Shown here: positions 9,546 to 20,353 of the stretch, in pieces
Layout of the letters: each line of letters begins with the position of its first letter
How positions within the stretch are numbered: position 1 is the stretch's first letter
Assembly (NCBI GenBank): GCA_041686375.1
Contig: JAWLEB010000001.1
Coordinates: forward strand, 73,997 to 137,996
From: Bacteroidales bacterium
Lineage (GTDB): Bacteria; Bacteroidota; Bacteroidia; Bacteroidales; UBA12077
Direction of reading: 5' to 3'
DNA: 64,000 nucleotides
Program-made: the position numbers and the translations under genes
The notes under the pieces: generated by a model
The model's database searches: none
The model's input: only the letters and a program-made list of their open reading frames with translations
Told to the model about the DNA's origin: nothing

Positions 9546-10244
9546 ATGGATTACACTACAAATCTGAAGATAAAGGACTGGGCGGTAGAAGACCGTCCTA
9601 GAGAAAAGATGGTGAGTAAAGGCGCAGACAGCTTATCGGATGCTGAACTGGTAGCTCTTTTAATCGGTTCGGGTTCACGTGAAGAAACGGCTGTAGAGTT
9701 AGCAAAACGTATTCTGAATAGTGTAGATAATAATTTAAATGAGCTTGGCAAACTCAATCTTGAAGATTTGAAAGAGTTTAATGGAGTGGGAGAAGCCAAG
9801 GCTATCAGCATAGCAGGAGCACTGGAATTGGGAAAACGAAGAAAGCTTGCTGAGGTTATTCACAGGCAGAAGATATCATCTAGTATTGATGTGTTTGAGA
9901 GATTTGCTCCAAAGCTACAGGATTTAACCCATGAAGAATTTTGGGTTGTATATTTGAACAGGGCAAATAAAGTGATATTTGAAAACAGGATAAGTAAAGG
10001 AGGAGTTGCCGGTACGGTAATTGACGTGAAGATTATCCTGAAAGCTGCACTTGAAAGGAAAATTGCCTCTTCATTAATTCTCTGCCATAACCATCCTTCG
10101 GGAAATATTAACCCCAGTAAGGCCGATATTCAGATTACCAACAAACTTAAAGATGCTGCCAAATTATTGGATCTCCAGGTGTTAGATCATTTAATCATAG
10201 GAGAGGATAATTATTTTAGCTTTGCTGATGAGGGATATTTATAA
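9546..10244 (+). CDS. radC: RadC-family JAB/MPN domain protein
   Basis: JAMM motif HNHPSGNINPSKADIQIT and an N-terminal HhH-like GVGEAKAISI. I prefer the ATG at 9546 (MDYTTNLKIKDW) over the upstream TTG at 9489 used by the track. Confidence 0.85.
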   Translation: MDYTTNLKIKDWAVEDRPREKMVSKGADSLSDAELVALLIGSGSREETAVELAKRILNSVDNNLNELGKLNLEDLKEFNGVGEAKAISIAGALELGKRRKLAEVIHRQKISSSIDVFERFAPKLQDLTHEEFWVVYLNRANKVIFENRISKGGVAGTVIDVKIILKAALERKIASSLILCHNHPSGNINPSKADIQITNKLKDAAKLLDLQVLDHLIIGEDNYFSFADEGYL

Positions 10245-10277
10245 GAGCAGCTAGCGACATGCGTTGATTAGGAAAGA

Positions 10278-10817
10278 TTATTTTACCCTTCCCGGATTTT
10301 TTGTAATAAAATCATGCCATGATTTGTATTTATTATCTCTACTTTCATTGCCAGGATTGTAAAAATGACAGACAGCTGCTGCCAGTCCATCTGTTGCGTC
10401 CAGGTTAGTGGGCATTTTTTCAATGGATAGCATTTTTTCCAGCATGCCTGCTACCTGTTCTTTTGAGGCATTGCCATTACCTGTAATCGACTGTTTGATC
10501 TTTCTCGGAGCATATTCATAAATTGGTAGTTTTCTATAAAGTGCAGCAGCCATCGCAACTCCCTGAGCTCTGCCCAGTTTCAGCATCGATTGCACATTCT
10601 TGCTATAGAATGGTGCTTCAAGGGCAACTTCGTCGGGGTGGTACGTATCAATTATCTGTAGAACACGGTTGAATATTCGCTGCAATCTTTCATAATGATT
10701 TGGTATCTTTTGTAGTTCAATTACACCAAGATACATCAGAACGGGCTCTTTTTCTTTTTTCTTTATTAGTCCGTATCCTGTTATTGCTGTTCCCGGGTCA
10801 ATGCCTAATATTATCAT
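10278..10817 (-). CDS. ruvC: Crossover junction endodeoxyribonuclease RuvC
   Basis: [16 protein letters not shown] at the N-terminus and [12 protein letters not shown] near the C-terminus. I prefer the ATG at 10817, which removes the overlap with the upstream peptidase gene. Confidence 0.9.
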   Translation of the reverse strand: MIILGIDPGTAITGYGLIKKKEKEPVLMYLGVIELQKIPNHYERLQRIFNRVLQIIDTYHPDEVALEAPFYSKNVQSMLKLGRAQGVAMAAALYRKLPIYEYAPRKIKQSITGNGNASKEQVAGMLEKMLSIEKMPTNLDATDGLAAAVCHFYNPGNESRDNKYKSWHDFITKNPGRVK

Positions 10818-10827
10818 AAATATAAAA

Positions 10828-12120
10828 TTACCATGCCCCAATCATGTCATGCAGACTTTTGTATTCAACCTTATTGTGGCGTGATCGGAGTACTGTTTTT
10901 TTGAGATCAAAACTTCCGTTTTCTATGTGATATAAAGCCTGTTGCAAACATTCTTCATCATCGCTGCCAAATACATTTTCCAGATCATCATTCGCCTCTA
11001 CGCTAGTCTCCAGTCCGTCATAATAATCTGCTTCCTTATCGGCATTTGCTATACTAAAGCATACAGGTACAAAAGCATAACGCTTATTGTTTTCATAAAA
11101 TGCATACATTCCAACGGGTTTCCCGTACGTATTTTCGCCGATTATATGCACATCCTGGTAGGGTTTTAGCCCGTTTATTAAAGCTTCACTCGCAGATGCT
11201 GTTTGTTCTGTAGTAATAAAATATATTTTCGGTAGATTCAAATTCAGATTAAGGTCATCCTGTTCAAACGTATGATCAAAATTTTCATTCTCTTTATTAT
11301 TGTTGTGCAGAATTTGTGCAAATACCTTGCCAATATGTTCATCCTGAATAACATAGTCCGCTGTCTCTTTTGCTTTCGCAAGCATTCCGCCTCCATTATA
11401 GCGCAGGTCAATGACTATGTTATCTATATTATCCTCTGTTAATTCCTCAAAGGCATCATATAATTCGTCAGATGTTTTTTGAATAAAGTCTTTTATAACT
11501 ATATAGCCTGTAGTTTTTCCGTTATTGTTTACCGTTTCTGAGTGCAGAACTGAATTGATTTGGATATCTTTTTTAGCGAACGAAGTGTCAACGGTGTCTC
11601 CTTGTGGTGATTCGAAAAGAAAGTCGTTTTCTATTCCTGTTTCTTCAGGGCCTAATATATCGCTCATATCAACCGATGGAGTTATTTGTTGCCCATTGAT
11701 CTCACGAATAATCCATCCACGAGTTATCTCCATATTGTTTAAAGGAGAATCCTGATAAATGAAAGAAATTCTCAGGTTATCGTCTGCGTCCCACTTTTGT
11801 CCGTATCCGTATCCAATGTATGCACCCTCCTCATAATACTGCTCGAATTTTTCGACAGTTGTAATGTAACTCCATCTGTCTTTTTTGTATCGAATCTCTT
11901 CTAAAACATCCATTGGAGTTTTATAGTCTTTTGGATTGATCTCAGGGATTTTGTCGTTCCAGAGATACCATTCTTTCATTAGGTTATAAAATGGTTCGTT
12001 GGCTTCATCGTATCGCTGGGAGTCATCGGGCATCACTTTTTCTTCCTCGCATCCAGTGTAAAAAATACCAGCAATAATCACTATAAATAATCTGAAGTAT
12101 ATGTTTTTAGCTTGAGGCAT
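10828..12120 (-). CDS. S41-family (C-terminal processing type) peptidase lipoprotein
   Basis: Lipobox FYTGC, LRYNGGG, and Ser-nucleophile region [11 protein letters not shown]. Confidence 0.75.
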   Translation of the reverse strand: MPQAKNIYFRLFIVIIAGIFYTGCEEEKVMPDDSQRYDEANEPFYNLMKEWYLWNDKIPEINPKDYKTPMDVLEEIRYKKDRWSYITTVEKFEQYYEEGAYIGYGYGQKWDADDNLRISFIYQDSPLNNMEITRGWIIREINGQQITPSVDMSDILGPEETGIENDFLFESPQGDTVDTSFAKKDIQINSVLHSETVNNNGKTTGYIVIKDFIQKTSDELYDAFEELTEDNIDNIVIDLRYNGGGMLAKAKETADYVIQDEHIGKVFAQILHNNNKENENFDHTFEQDDLNLNLNLPKIYFITTEQTASASEALINGLKPYQDVHIIGENTYGKPVGMYAFYENNKRYAFVPVCFSIANADKEADYYDGLETSVEANDDLENVFGSDDEECLQQALYHIENGSFDLKKTVLRSRHNKVEYKSLHDMIGAW

Positions 12121-13000
12121 ATTTTCTTTTTTGTTTGTTATGTATTTCTTGCATTATTATTCCTGAAACGATGAATATGAGGCCTATAACTGTCGTCAGG
12201 AATATAGTTTCTCCAAGGATAAAGTTAATAAATATTAATGCAAAGAATGGTGTCAGGTATATAAGATTACTTACATTTGCTGTTGAAGGAGCTGTTTTAA
12301 GCGCTTTAAGCCATAAGACAAATGTTATCCCCATCTCGAATGCACCTACATATAAGCAGGCAGCTATTCCATTAATTGAAGGGATTGTATGGTCGGTGAA
12401 CAGAATAAAAAATGGAGTAATGAAAATTAAAGAAAACAGAAAATTGAGAAATATTTTTGATACTTCATCTCTCTGGTCTTTCACGTTTAATATCCAGAAC
12501 ATAGCCCAGATAACCGAACTGCCAACGGCAAGAAATACACCAAGCGGTTCTGCAAACTGTAAGTTAAAAGGTGAACCTTCTGATGAAATTAAATATACTC
12601 CTATAAAACTGAGGAATAGCGCAATATAATTTATGACGGTTACTTTTTGCTTTAGAATTATTCCGGCCAGAAAGACAAGAACAATTGGCCATGTGAAATT
12701 CAGAGGCTGTGCTATTTGTGCCGGTAGAAGAGAATAAGCTTTTAGCAGGATCATATAATAAAAGAAAGGATTCAGGAAACCCAGAATGATGGAGCTTTTG
12801 TATTGTTTGCCAGTATAGCTGCCTAATTGTTTCAGTCTCCCCTGTGCCAGCAAGATAAAAAATAGTATAACAACTGTCGTGAGAATGGCATAAAATAATA
12901 GTTCTATATAATTCACATGTCTTAGGGCTATTTTAAAGGCAGAGGGAATCGTAGCCCAGAAGAATATGGTGAGACCGGCATATAAATAAGATTTGTTCAT
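12107..13000 (-). CDS. EamA/DMT-family transporter
   Basis: About ten hydrophobic helices in a two-fold EamA-like arrangement. 297 aa. Confidence 0.7.
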   Translation of the reverse strand: MNKSYLYAGLTIFFWATIPSAFKIALRHVNYIELLFYAILTTVVILFFILLAQGRLKQLGSYTGKQYKSSIILGFLNPFFYYMILLKAYSLLPAQIAQPLNFTWPIVLVFLAGIILKQKVTVINYIALFLSFIGVYLISSEGSPFNLQFAEPLGVFLAVGSSVIWAMFWILNVKDQRDEVSKIFLNFLFSLIFITPFFILFTDHTIPSINGIAACLYVGAFEMGITFVLWLKALKTAPSTANVSNLIYLTPFFALIFINFILGETIFLTTVIGLIFIVSGIIMQEIHNKQKRKYASS

Positions 13001-13015
13001 CGGTACGTCGTGTTT

Positions 13016-13510
13016 TTAATTTTGATCTGATTTTTTATTCAGGTATTGTTGTTTAATATTATTAATTTCTTGATCCAGCTTTATTATTTGTTCTTCAATA
13101 CGGGGTTTCATGTTGGAAAAGATCGTATCTTCTTTTTCGATTTTATTAAGCATCGTTGAATCATTTATTTTGCCGGAAACTGCTTCCTTTTTTGTTTTTT
13201 CCAGAAAATTTTTATTCAAAATTACTTCTTGATATACATCATCATACCATTGTATTATTGTATGGGTGTGATTTTGGATGGTTTGTAACTTTTTTGTTTT
13301 CTGGATACTTGAAGTATTCTCTATTTCTTGTTCCACCGAGTCGTTTAGTTGTATAACGGGTTCAATGTCAATTTTTTTTAGTTTGCTGTTTAACGTATCA
13401 ATTTCGGTTAACAGGCTGTCAATATGTTGAATGTGCTGGTTTCCACCGTTTTCTTTGGTGCATGAAATGGTTATAAAGGTCCCTAATATGATGAGGTAAA
13501 CTAAGCGCAT
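13016..13510 (-). CDS. Hypothetical coiled-coil lipoprotein
   Basis: Signal peptide with lipobox ITISC. The remainder is rich in K/E/Q/I heptad-like sequence. No family recognised. Confidence 0.5.
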   Translation of the reverse strand: MRLVYLIILGTFITISCTKENGGNQHIQHIDSLLTEIDTLNSKLKKIDIEPVIQLNDSVEQEIENTSSIQKTKKLQTIQNHTHTIIQWYDDVYQEVILNKNFLEKTKKEAVSGKINDSTMLNKIEKEDTIFSNMKPRIEEQIIKLDQEINNIKQQYLNKKSDQN

Positions 13511-13560
13511 GGATTTTTTATTTGTGTATAAAATTAGGAAAAGTTATATCATTAAACAAT

Positions 13561-13591
13561 AAGCACCGGTTTTATCAAAAAACCGGTGCTT
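13561..13591 (-). terminator. Hairpin terminator downstream of sppA
   Basis: A 13-bp inverted repeat AAGCACCGGTTTT / AAAACCGGTGCTT with a 5-nt loop, 20 nt beyond the sppA stop. Confidence 0.65.
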
Positions 13592-13611
13592 ATATCTATG
13601 ATTGAGGAAGG

Positions 13612-15378
13612 TTAGTAAATATCTATTTTGTATGGAATCCTTGCCTGAATTCCAGACATATTTTTTATTTCTTCAATTTGTTCGTAATATCTGTAATTAT
13701 CTCCCAGGCTACTTTTGATTATTTGTGCTTTTGCGCTAACAGTAAATTGTTTCATAAATTGTTCGAATGGATCTTTAAGTTTCGGGAGTTCAACCACACG
13801 ATATTTTTTAAGCTTGGCTTTTTCGCTGGCCAGGTCTACGGCTTTATTCATCCCACCGAGAAGGTCAATAAGCCCTATTTTTTTGGCATCTATACCGCTC
13901 CAGACGCGTCCTTGCCCAATTTCATCAACTTCTTCTTTTGTCATATTTCTACCATCTGCAACTCGTCCTACAAACGTGTCATAAACATCTTCGATACCAT
14001 TTTTTATTACTTGTCTTTCTGAAGCTGTTAATGACCTGAAAGGACTGCCTATGTCTGAATGTTCGTGAGTTTTGGCCACATCTACATGAATGCCCAGCTT
14101 ATCATTCATCAGTTCTTTAGCATTTGGGATTATTCCGAAAACACCAATGGAACCGGTTATTGTGTTAGGATTGGCTACAATTGTATCTGCAGGCGCTACA
14201 ATATAGTAACCCCCTGAAGCTGCTACATCACCTAAAGAGGCAATTACCGGCTTGGTTTCACCCGCAAGTTTTAATTCCCGCCAGATTACCTCTGATGCCA
14301 GTGCACTGCCACCACCTGAGTTAACTCTGAAAACGATGGCTTTAATGCTGGAGTCTTTCCTTGCTTCCCGAATTGCCCCTGATATTCTGTCTGAGCCTAT
14401 TGTTCCTTCTCCTCCTTCTCCCATAATTACAGACCCCATAGCATATACAACAGCAATTTTGTCTTTTGCCAGCCCTTTGTGTTCTTTGATTTTTGGAACC
14501 CGATTGTATTGTTTCAAATTCACAAATTGAGCATCATCCTTATCTGTTTTTGAGCTGTCTTTTAGCTCCCGGAAAATTTCATCTTTATATTTTAGTCCAT
14601 CAATAAAGTTGTTTTCTAATGCTGCATCCGCATCTTCTAATGCCAACTCCTCTGTGAGACCATTTATATTTTTAATATTAATTCTTCTCTGGTCAGCAAT
14701 CCCTTCTGCCATTTTGTTCCACAAATCTGAGACGTATTCCATAATTTGGGTTCTGTTTTCATCGCTCATTTCTTTTCTTGTAAATGGCTCTATTGCACTT
14801 TTAAATTTACCGTGGCGAATAATCTGCGGTTCCACACCCAGCTTGTCAAGTGCATCTTTGAAAAACATAACCTGTGAATTCAGGCCTGTGAGGTTTACCC
14901 GCCCTGCAGGATTTACATAAATTTTGTCTGCTGTCGAGGCTAGATAGTATGAGGTTTGCAGGTAGTCATCGCTGTAGGCGATAATAAATTTACCTGTTTC
15001 TTTAAATTCAAGGAGGGCTTCTCTTATTTCCTCAATCGTAGCCATGCCTGCTGGTATAGCAGTTAGTTCAAGGTAAATCCCTTTTATGTTTTCATCTTTC
15101 CCGGCTTTCTCTATATTGGCTAAAATTTCATTTAAACCTAATGATTTCTGGGGTTTTAAGCTTTGAAAATCAAAATTTTCAAAGGGATTTTTCGGACTGC
15201 GATCCATAATTATGTTGTCAAGCTCCACTTTTAATACTGTGTTGGGTTCAATTTCAACCGGTTTATCTTGCTTGGACATAATGGTTCCTATTGTTGTAAA
15301 GAAAATAAGAAAGAATAGTAACCCTGCAAGGATAACACCAACAATGGTCGCTAATGTGTATTTTAAAAAGCTTTTCAT
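13612..15378 (-). CDS. sppA: Signal peptide peptidase SppA, 67K type
   Basis: N-terminal TM helix and two ClpP/crotonase-like halves: SGGGSALASEVIWREL and ASGGYYIVAPADTIVANPNTITGSIGVFG. Confidence 0.9.
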   Translation of the reverse strand: MKSFLKYTLATIVGVILAGLLFFLIFFTTIGTIMSKQDKPVEIEPNTVLKVELDNIIMDRSPKNPFENFDFQSLKPQKSLGLNEILANIEKAGKDENIKGIYLELTAIPAGMATIEEIREALLEFKETGKFIIAYSDDYLQTSYYLASTADKIYVNPAGRVNLTGLNSQVMFFKDALDKLGVEPQIIRHGKFKSAIEPFTRKEMSDENRTQIMEYVSDLWNKMAEGIADQRRINIKNINGLTEELALEDADAALENNFIDGLKYKDEIFRELKDSSKTDKDDAQFVNLKQYNRVPKIKEHKGLAKDKIAVVYAMGSVIMGEGGEGTIGSDRISGAIREARKDSSIKAIVFRVNSGGGSALASEVIWRELKLAGETKPVIASLGDVAASGGYYIVAPADTIVANPNTITGSIGVFGIIPNAKELMNDKLGIHVDVAKTHEHSDIGSPFRSLTASERQVIKNGIEDVYDTFVGRVADGRNMTKEEVDEIGQGRVWSGIDAKKIGLIDLLGGMNKAVDLASEKAKLKKYRVVELPKLKDPFEQFMKQFTVSAKAQIIKSSLGDNYRYYEQIEEIKNMSGIQARIPYKIDIY

Positions 15379-15475
15379 AGAGTTTTATTTTTAAATGTTT
15401 TGACTATTTGACAAATTTATAATCTTCCTGTTAAAAAAGAAAGTTGCGTTTTGTTCTTCGAACTGCTCGAATACC

Positions 15476-16720
15476 TTATCCATTATTTTTCATAGGTTGA
15501 ATTTTACCATAAGTTAAACTTCTCCATAACCACTCGAAAGGCCCGAATCTGAATCGTTTTAACCACCATTTACTAAAGACTATTTGCGCTGAAAATATTA
15601 TAATTACCAGTACGATACCTTGCCAGGCCTCAACTTTACCAATTAGTCTCAAACCATGTGAGTAAAATAAAAAAGCGCTAATTATCGATTGCAATAAATA
15701 ATTTGTTAGCGCCATTCGTCCAACTGGCGCCAACAGGAAGCTAAGCCACCCCGATTTCCCTTTTGCGAATAATATAGCCATAGCCGATATAATGGACAAA
15801 CCAAAGGCTATTCCACCAAAGGTGTGCATGATAGAAGTAAGTAACATCCAGCCATCCGGAATGCATAAAATGGAATAGTGCGAAGCGATGGTATAAAGGG
15901 TGTTGGTTGGTACTCCAACACCAACACCCCACCAGAAGACTTTCTTAAAAAATGAAAGATTATTCACATATTCCGTTAACAATTTTTTTCGTGCAAATAA
16001 GACTCCTAATAAAAACATACCAAGAATAATCGGAAAGAAGGTCAATGTGCCGGGTAATAATGTTAAATATTCATCGATCCGCACAGTGATTATTTCAGAA
16101 AAACTCCCTTTTGCGTATATAGCAGCGGTATGCTCAACAAATTGGGTTATTTCATGAATTGATTCCTGAAAGGCTGAGTCCATAGCTTCTTTCGCTTCCG
16201 GGATTTGTGAAAGTGCCCAGATCATTGAAACTAGTAAGGTGATTACTACTGGCGGCACCAAAACCAAAGAGATTATCCATTTTTTTATTTTTTTCTCTGA
16301 TGCTTTTTTAAAAAGTATCAGTATAAAACCTAATAAGGTATAGTAAAGGAGAATATCGCCAACCCATAAAAGTACTATATGAGCAATCCCAAAAAGCATC
16401 AAAAAAAACAGTCTTCTTCGGAAAACAGGAACAACACTTGAACCGTCAGAAGTTGATTTGTTTAAAAAAATCCAAAAACCAAAGCCAAACAGCATAGAAA
16501 AAATAACATAAAATTTCCCTTCAAAAAAGAATTTAATAAATGATTCTGAAATCAATTGGTGTATAGGAGCATCCTGAGAAGAGCTAATTAACATTTTGGT
16601 CATGGGTTCATACATGTATTGCATGTTTACCATGAATATGCCAAAAATTGCCAGTCCTCTCAGGGCGTCAATTAAAACAATTCGTTCTGCAGGTCTCAGT
16701 GGTGAAACTCGTGTGCTCAT
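15476..16720 (-). CDS. DUF418/YeiB-like membrane protein
   Basis: N-terminal IDALRGLAIFGIFMVNM, polytopic, with C-terminal FRFGPFEWLWRSLTYG typical of DUF418. Confidence 0.75.
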   Translation of the reverse strand: MSTRVSPLRPAERIVLIDALRGLAIFGIFMVNMQYMYEPMTKMLISSSQDAPIHQLISESFIKFFFEGKFYVIFSMLFGFGFWIFLNKSTSDGSSVVPVFRRRLFFLMLFGIAHIVLLWVGDILLYYTLLGFILILFKKASEKKIKKWIISLVLVPPVVITLLVSMIWALSQIPEAKEAMDSAFQESIHEITQFVEHTAAIYAKGSFSEIITVRIDEYLTLLPGTLTFFPIILGMFLLGVLFARKKLLTEYVNNLSFFKKVFWWGVGVGVPTNTLYTIASHYSILCIPDGWMLLTSIMHTFGGIAFGLSIISAMAILFAKGKSGWLSFLLAPVGRMALTNYLLQSIISAFLFYSHGLRLIGKVEAWQGIVLVIIIFSAQIVFSKWWLKRFRFGPFEWLWRSLTYGKIQPMKNNG

Positions 16721-16916
16721 TTTTCCCGTTTAATAATACATTGCTGATGTTAGTTGAACGATTTACAGTTATTAGTATTAATTTTTCTTTTGGTATTACA
16801 TTTTTAGATAGGATAAATTTTTATGGTGATAAAATTTTTAGAATTTTACCCCATGAAAAAGTATTTCCTGTTAACAAATCAACTAGTTAATCTTTGTCAA
16901 TTATTTTTAATGTTTT

Positions 16917-17405
16917 ATGGATAGGCTATATTTATTATTGGGAAGTAATCAGAATAACAGAGAAGCTTTGCTTCAGACTGCAACAGAACAAATTAAATCC
17001 CAAATAGGGGATCTTATACAGTGTTCGTCTATTTATGAGACTGAACCATGGGGGTTTAAAGATGATATGTATTTTTTAAACCAGGTTGTTGTTTTTGAAT
17101 CCGGGAAACCACCCTTGCAAATTCTTGATCAGATTAATGAAGTAGAGAAGAAATTGGGCAGGAAGAGAGAGAATGTTGATCAATATACCAGCAGACCTAT
17201 AGATGTTGATATATTGTTCTATGGGAATCGCATTTATAACATGGAACAATTAAAGATTCCCCATCCGTTAATTCAGGAGAGGCGATTTGCCCTGGTTCCA
17301 ATGGTTGAGATTGAGCCTGATTTTGTACATCCGCAATTGCAAAGGAGGATATCTGCCTTGCTTGACGAGTGCCCAGACCCTTTGGAAGTGCACAGGTATA
17401 AATAG
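16917..17405 (+). CDS. folK: 2-amino-4-hydroxy-6-hydroxymethyldihydropteridine diphosphokinase
   Basis: YETEPWGF, RPIDVDILFY and IPHPLIQERRFALVP. Confidence 0.9.
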   Translation: MDRLYLLLGSNQNNREALLQTATEQIKSQIGDLIQCSSIYETEPWGFKDDMYFLNQVVVFESGKPPLQILDQINEVEKKLGRKRENVDQYTSRPIDVDILFYGNRIYNMEQLKIPHPLIQERRFALVPMVEIEPDFVHPQLQRRISALLDECPDPLEVHRYK

Positions 17406-17445
17406 ATTTGACAGGTTATTTATCTTCCTTTACCGGCAGAGTGTC

Positions 17446-18141
17446 TTATTTATCAGAAAAACCCAGAGTGGCAATGCTAATGGAAGTATTTTTGGTCTCC
17501 AGAATGGTATTTGCACATGCCTCAAGTGTAGCCCCCGTGGTTAATATATCATCTACCAGGAGGATATGCTTATTGCGAAATGTGAACTTGTCTTTGAGTT
17601 TAAAGACCTTTTCTACATTTAACCATCGTTCATATTTACTTTTCTTTGTCTGGCTGTCTGTATATTCTGCTCTGTAAAGGATGTCGGTTGATAAGGGTTT
17701 GTTTAATTTTTCAGCCATTCCTTTTCCAATCCATTCACTTTGGTTAAATCCTCTTTTCCTCAATTTCTTTTTATGCAGGGGCACAGGAACAATATAATCT
17801 ACTTCAGAGAAAGGAGAACTTTTTAATTCGTTGCCCATTTTTCCTCCCAGCTCATAACCTATGTTTTTTTTTCCGTTATATTTCATTTCGTGTATAAGCC
17901 GCTGATATCTGCTTCCTTTGGTATAGAAAAAATAGGAGGTCGCATACTGAATTGGAATTCTTCCCCAGAATATTTGCTCAACTGGATTTTCAGGCTCCTT
18001 GTGATAATTCGTTTTGGGTAAGTCCAACAAACAATGTGGGCACAGATACTTTTCTTTTGGGGGCAGTTCTCCACCACATGCAATACATGTTTCTGGGAAA
18101 ATTAAATTGATAAAATCATTTATAAATTGAGGTATGGTCAC
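17446..18141 (-). CDS. comF: ComF-family phosphoribosyltransferase-like protein
   Basis: N-terminal Cys pairs CIACGG...CPHC and PRTase motif ILLVDDILTTGATL. Confidence 0.85.
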   Translation of the reverse strand: MTIPQFINDFINLIFPETCIACGGELPPKEKYLCPHCLLDLPKTNYHKEPENPVEQIFWGRIPIQYATSYFFYTKGSRYQRLIHEMKYNGKKNIGYELGGKMGNELKSSPFSEVDYIVPVPLHKKKLRKRGFNQSEWIGKGMAEKLNKPLSTDILYRAEYTDSQTKKSKYERWLNVEKVFKLKDKFTFRNKHILLVDDILTTGATLEACANTILETKNTSISIATLGFSDK

Positions 18142-18165
18142 TTTATACCGGATTAGTTAGTGTTT

Positions 18166-19041
18166 TTATTCAGATAGAGCATCCACGGCCGTGGGGTCGA
18201 AACTTTTTTCTTTTGCAAATTCTATGCATTTAGACCAGTCATCATAATAATAGGCTTTAATTTTTTCCAGTTCTTCATTTCCTATAATTTTTTCATCCAA
18301 AAACCATTTTTTTGGCAGCAAATAGGCTGCATATAATATTAAGTGGCATAAAAGCCAACGCGAACGAAAATTAATATAATGAAGTGTTTTATTTTTGATT
18401 TCTTTTTTTTCCCGTGGGAAGATTTTTGTACTGATGCGCTTTAATACCTTTAGTTGTTTTGTACTGTAGGATTTATGTTGAGGATTTATATCTATTTTGT
18501 TTTTCTCATATTCGGCTCCGGTATATTTTGCAATACGGTCAATGAAAGAGAAGGGATCATTTTTTAATTCATCGTGAAAGAGCACCAGTGGTTTGTTGGG
18601 AAATATTTCTTCTATCAACTGAAGTTTCTTATGAAAGAATCCTTCTTTTAAGTCCCAGTGTCCCTGGTTATTCTCAATATCTACAAATTCACCAAAGGAT
18701 TTATATCCTCCGTTTTTTACATAACGTCGGTACTGTGAAGCGAGCCAGCTGTCATTTCTGCGCAGAACAATAATGATGCTGGCATATGGATAGTGGGATG
18801 CCATCCTTCTGACTTCCCGTTCAAATTGACGGTCAAATTCTCGTGAAATCAGATATGTTTTGTGGTTGGTTTGTTCAATAATTTTTGGGTACTTTTCGTA
18901 CCGGGTACGTTGTATATAATAAATTCCTTTAAATTTTGGAAAAACTTTATACTGGAGATATGTGGATGCGGTTTTCCCGAGTCCTACATGAAAGTAGATT
19001 TCTTTATTGAGATTTTCCATAGTTATTTGTTGTGTGTCCAA
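18166..19041 (-). CDS. Sulfotransferase-like protein (paralog A)
   Basis: FHVGLGKTASTYLQ resembles a PAPS 5'-phosphosulfate-binding loop. VLRRNDSWLASQYRRY resembles a 3'-phosphate-binding motif. There is a C-terminal hydrophobic helix. It is clearly paralogous to 20354-21199. Confidence 0.55.
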   Translation of the reverse strand: MDTQQITMENLNKEIYFHVGLGKTASTYLQYKVFPKFKGIYYIQRTRYEKYPKIIEQTNHKTYLISREFDRQFEREVRRMASHYPYASIIIVLRRNDSWLASQYRRYVKNGGYKSFGEFVDIENNQGHWDLKEGFFHKKLQLIEEIFPNKPLVLFHDELKNDPFSFIDRIAKYTGAEYEKNKIDINPQHKSYSTKQLKVLKRISTKIFPREKKEIKNKTLHYINFRSRWLLCHLILYAAYLLPKKWFLDEKIIGNEELEKIKAYYYDDWSKCIEFAKEKSFDPTAVDALSE

Positions 19042-19226
19042 AAAATTTAAGTTTCCAAATTTACAGATTTTATGATAATTTATAAATGAGGCCTGAGTAA
19101 AAAGGATGCTAATCTTCCGTATTCTTGGGATAATATTTTTGACCTAATTATTTGTAAAATTAAGGTGTATGATAGACCTTAAGGAATCAATTTGTTTAAC
19201 TTTGCAAGGAAATAAATCTTGAATGA

Positions 19227-20330
19227 ATGGCTATAAAGGTTTTAGTTATAAGTAGTTATGAGGGTCCTCTTACATCTGTTCGGCCAGAAGCCGAAATGGT
19301 TTTGGGATTGAAGCATGCAGGTGTGGATATTAGCGTGATGACAGGGAAGGATACTTTTTATGCCCGGAAATTTGAACAGGAAGGTATGACAATTTATCCT
19401 TATGAACCTGGTAAGAAAATTGCTGTCAGTGAAATCAGGTATATCAGAAAAGTTCTGAAAGAGGGCAATTATGATATAGTGCATGTTTTTAATAATCGCG
19501 CAGTTACCAATACTGTTTTTGCCTCTCTTGGCTTACCCGTCAAAGTTGTAACCTATAGAGGCTTCACAGGCCATGTTCTTTGGTATAAACCTTCTTCTTA
19601 TATAAGCCACTTGCACCCGAAAGTCAGTAAAATTACATGTGTTTCAAACGGTGTGAGAGACCAGGTAAGGGATCAGCTTGCCTTTAATAAAGAAAAAGCG
19701 GTTACCATTTATAAGGGCCATAATAACCAATGGTATGAGAATATAGAACCTATTTCAAAAGAAAAGTATGGAATACCAGAGAATAGTTTTGTTGTGGGTT
19801 GCATAGCCAATGTACGCAGAATGAAAGGAATTATTTATCTTTTGCAGGCAACGCACTTTCTTAAAAAACATAAGGATATTCATTTTCTCCTGATTGGTAA
19901 GGGCATGGATAACCATAAATTCATGGGAATTATTAACAGCTCTCCGTTATCTGAGAATATTCATCTGTTGGGTTTTCGTGATGATGTTTTGAATTGCCTG
20001 AAAGCATGCAATGTTTCTGCTTTACCTTCGATAAAGGGAGAAGGATTGTCTAAAGTTACCATCGAATCTATGAGTCTTGGTGTTCCTGTGATTGCAACTG
20101 ATGTTGGTGGAAATTCAGAACTGGTGATTAGTGGGAGGACAGGAAAACTAATACCTCCCCGTTCTCCTGAGAAAATTGCCAGTGCTATTATTGACTTTAA
20201 AAGGAATCAGGACTGGACTAAGGAGTTGGGTAAAAATGCTCAGAAACATATCAAAGAACATTTCCATGTGGATAAAACTGTCCGGAATATACTGGAAATG
20301 TACAATGCATTAATAGATAAAGCTGGATAA
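19227..20330 (+). CDS. Glycosyltransferase, GT4 family
   Basis: GT-B C-terminal motif GEGLSKVTIESMSLGVPVIATDVGGNSELV. Confidence 0.85.
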   Translation: MAIKVLVISSYEGPLTSVRPEAEMVLGLKHAGVDISVMTGKDTFYARKFEQEGMTIYPYEPGKKIAVSEIRYIRKVLKEGNYDIVHVFNNRAVTNTVFASLGLPVKVVTYRGFTGHVLWYKPSSYISHLHPKVSKITCVSNGVRDQVRDQLAFNKEKAVTIYKGHNNQWYENIEPISKEKYGIPENSFVVGCIANVRRMKGIIYLLQATHFLKKHKDIHFLLIGKGMDNHKFMGIINSSPLSENIHLLGFRDDVLNCLKACNVSALPSIKGEGLSKVTIESMSLGVPVIATDVGGNSELVISGRTGKLIPPRSPEKIASAIIDFKRNQDWTKELGKNAQKHIKEHFHVDKTVRNILEMYNALIDKAG

Positions 20331-20353
20331 GCCAATAATTTAATAATGCTCCT

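Noticed and set aside
9546-10244. RadC/JAB protein as a marker of a mobile element or defence island.
   Set aside because: It is a stand-alone housekeeping-type radC, convergent with ruvC. No integrase, anti-restriction or conjugation genes are present, and no flanking repeats were seen.
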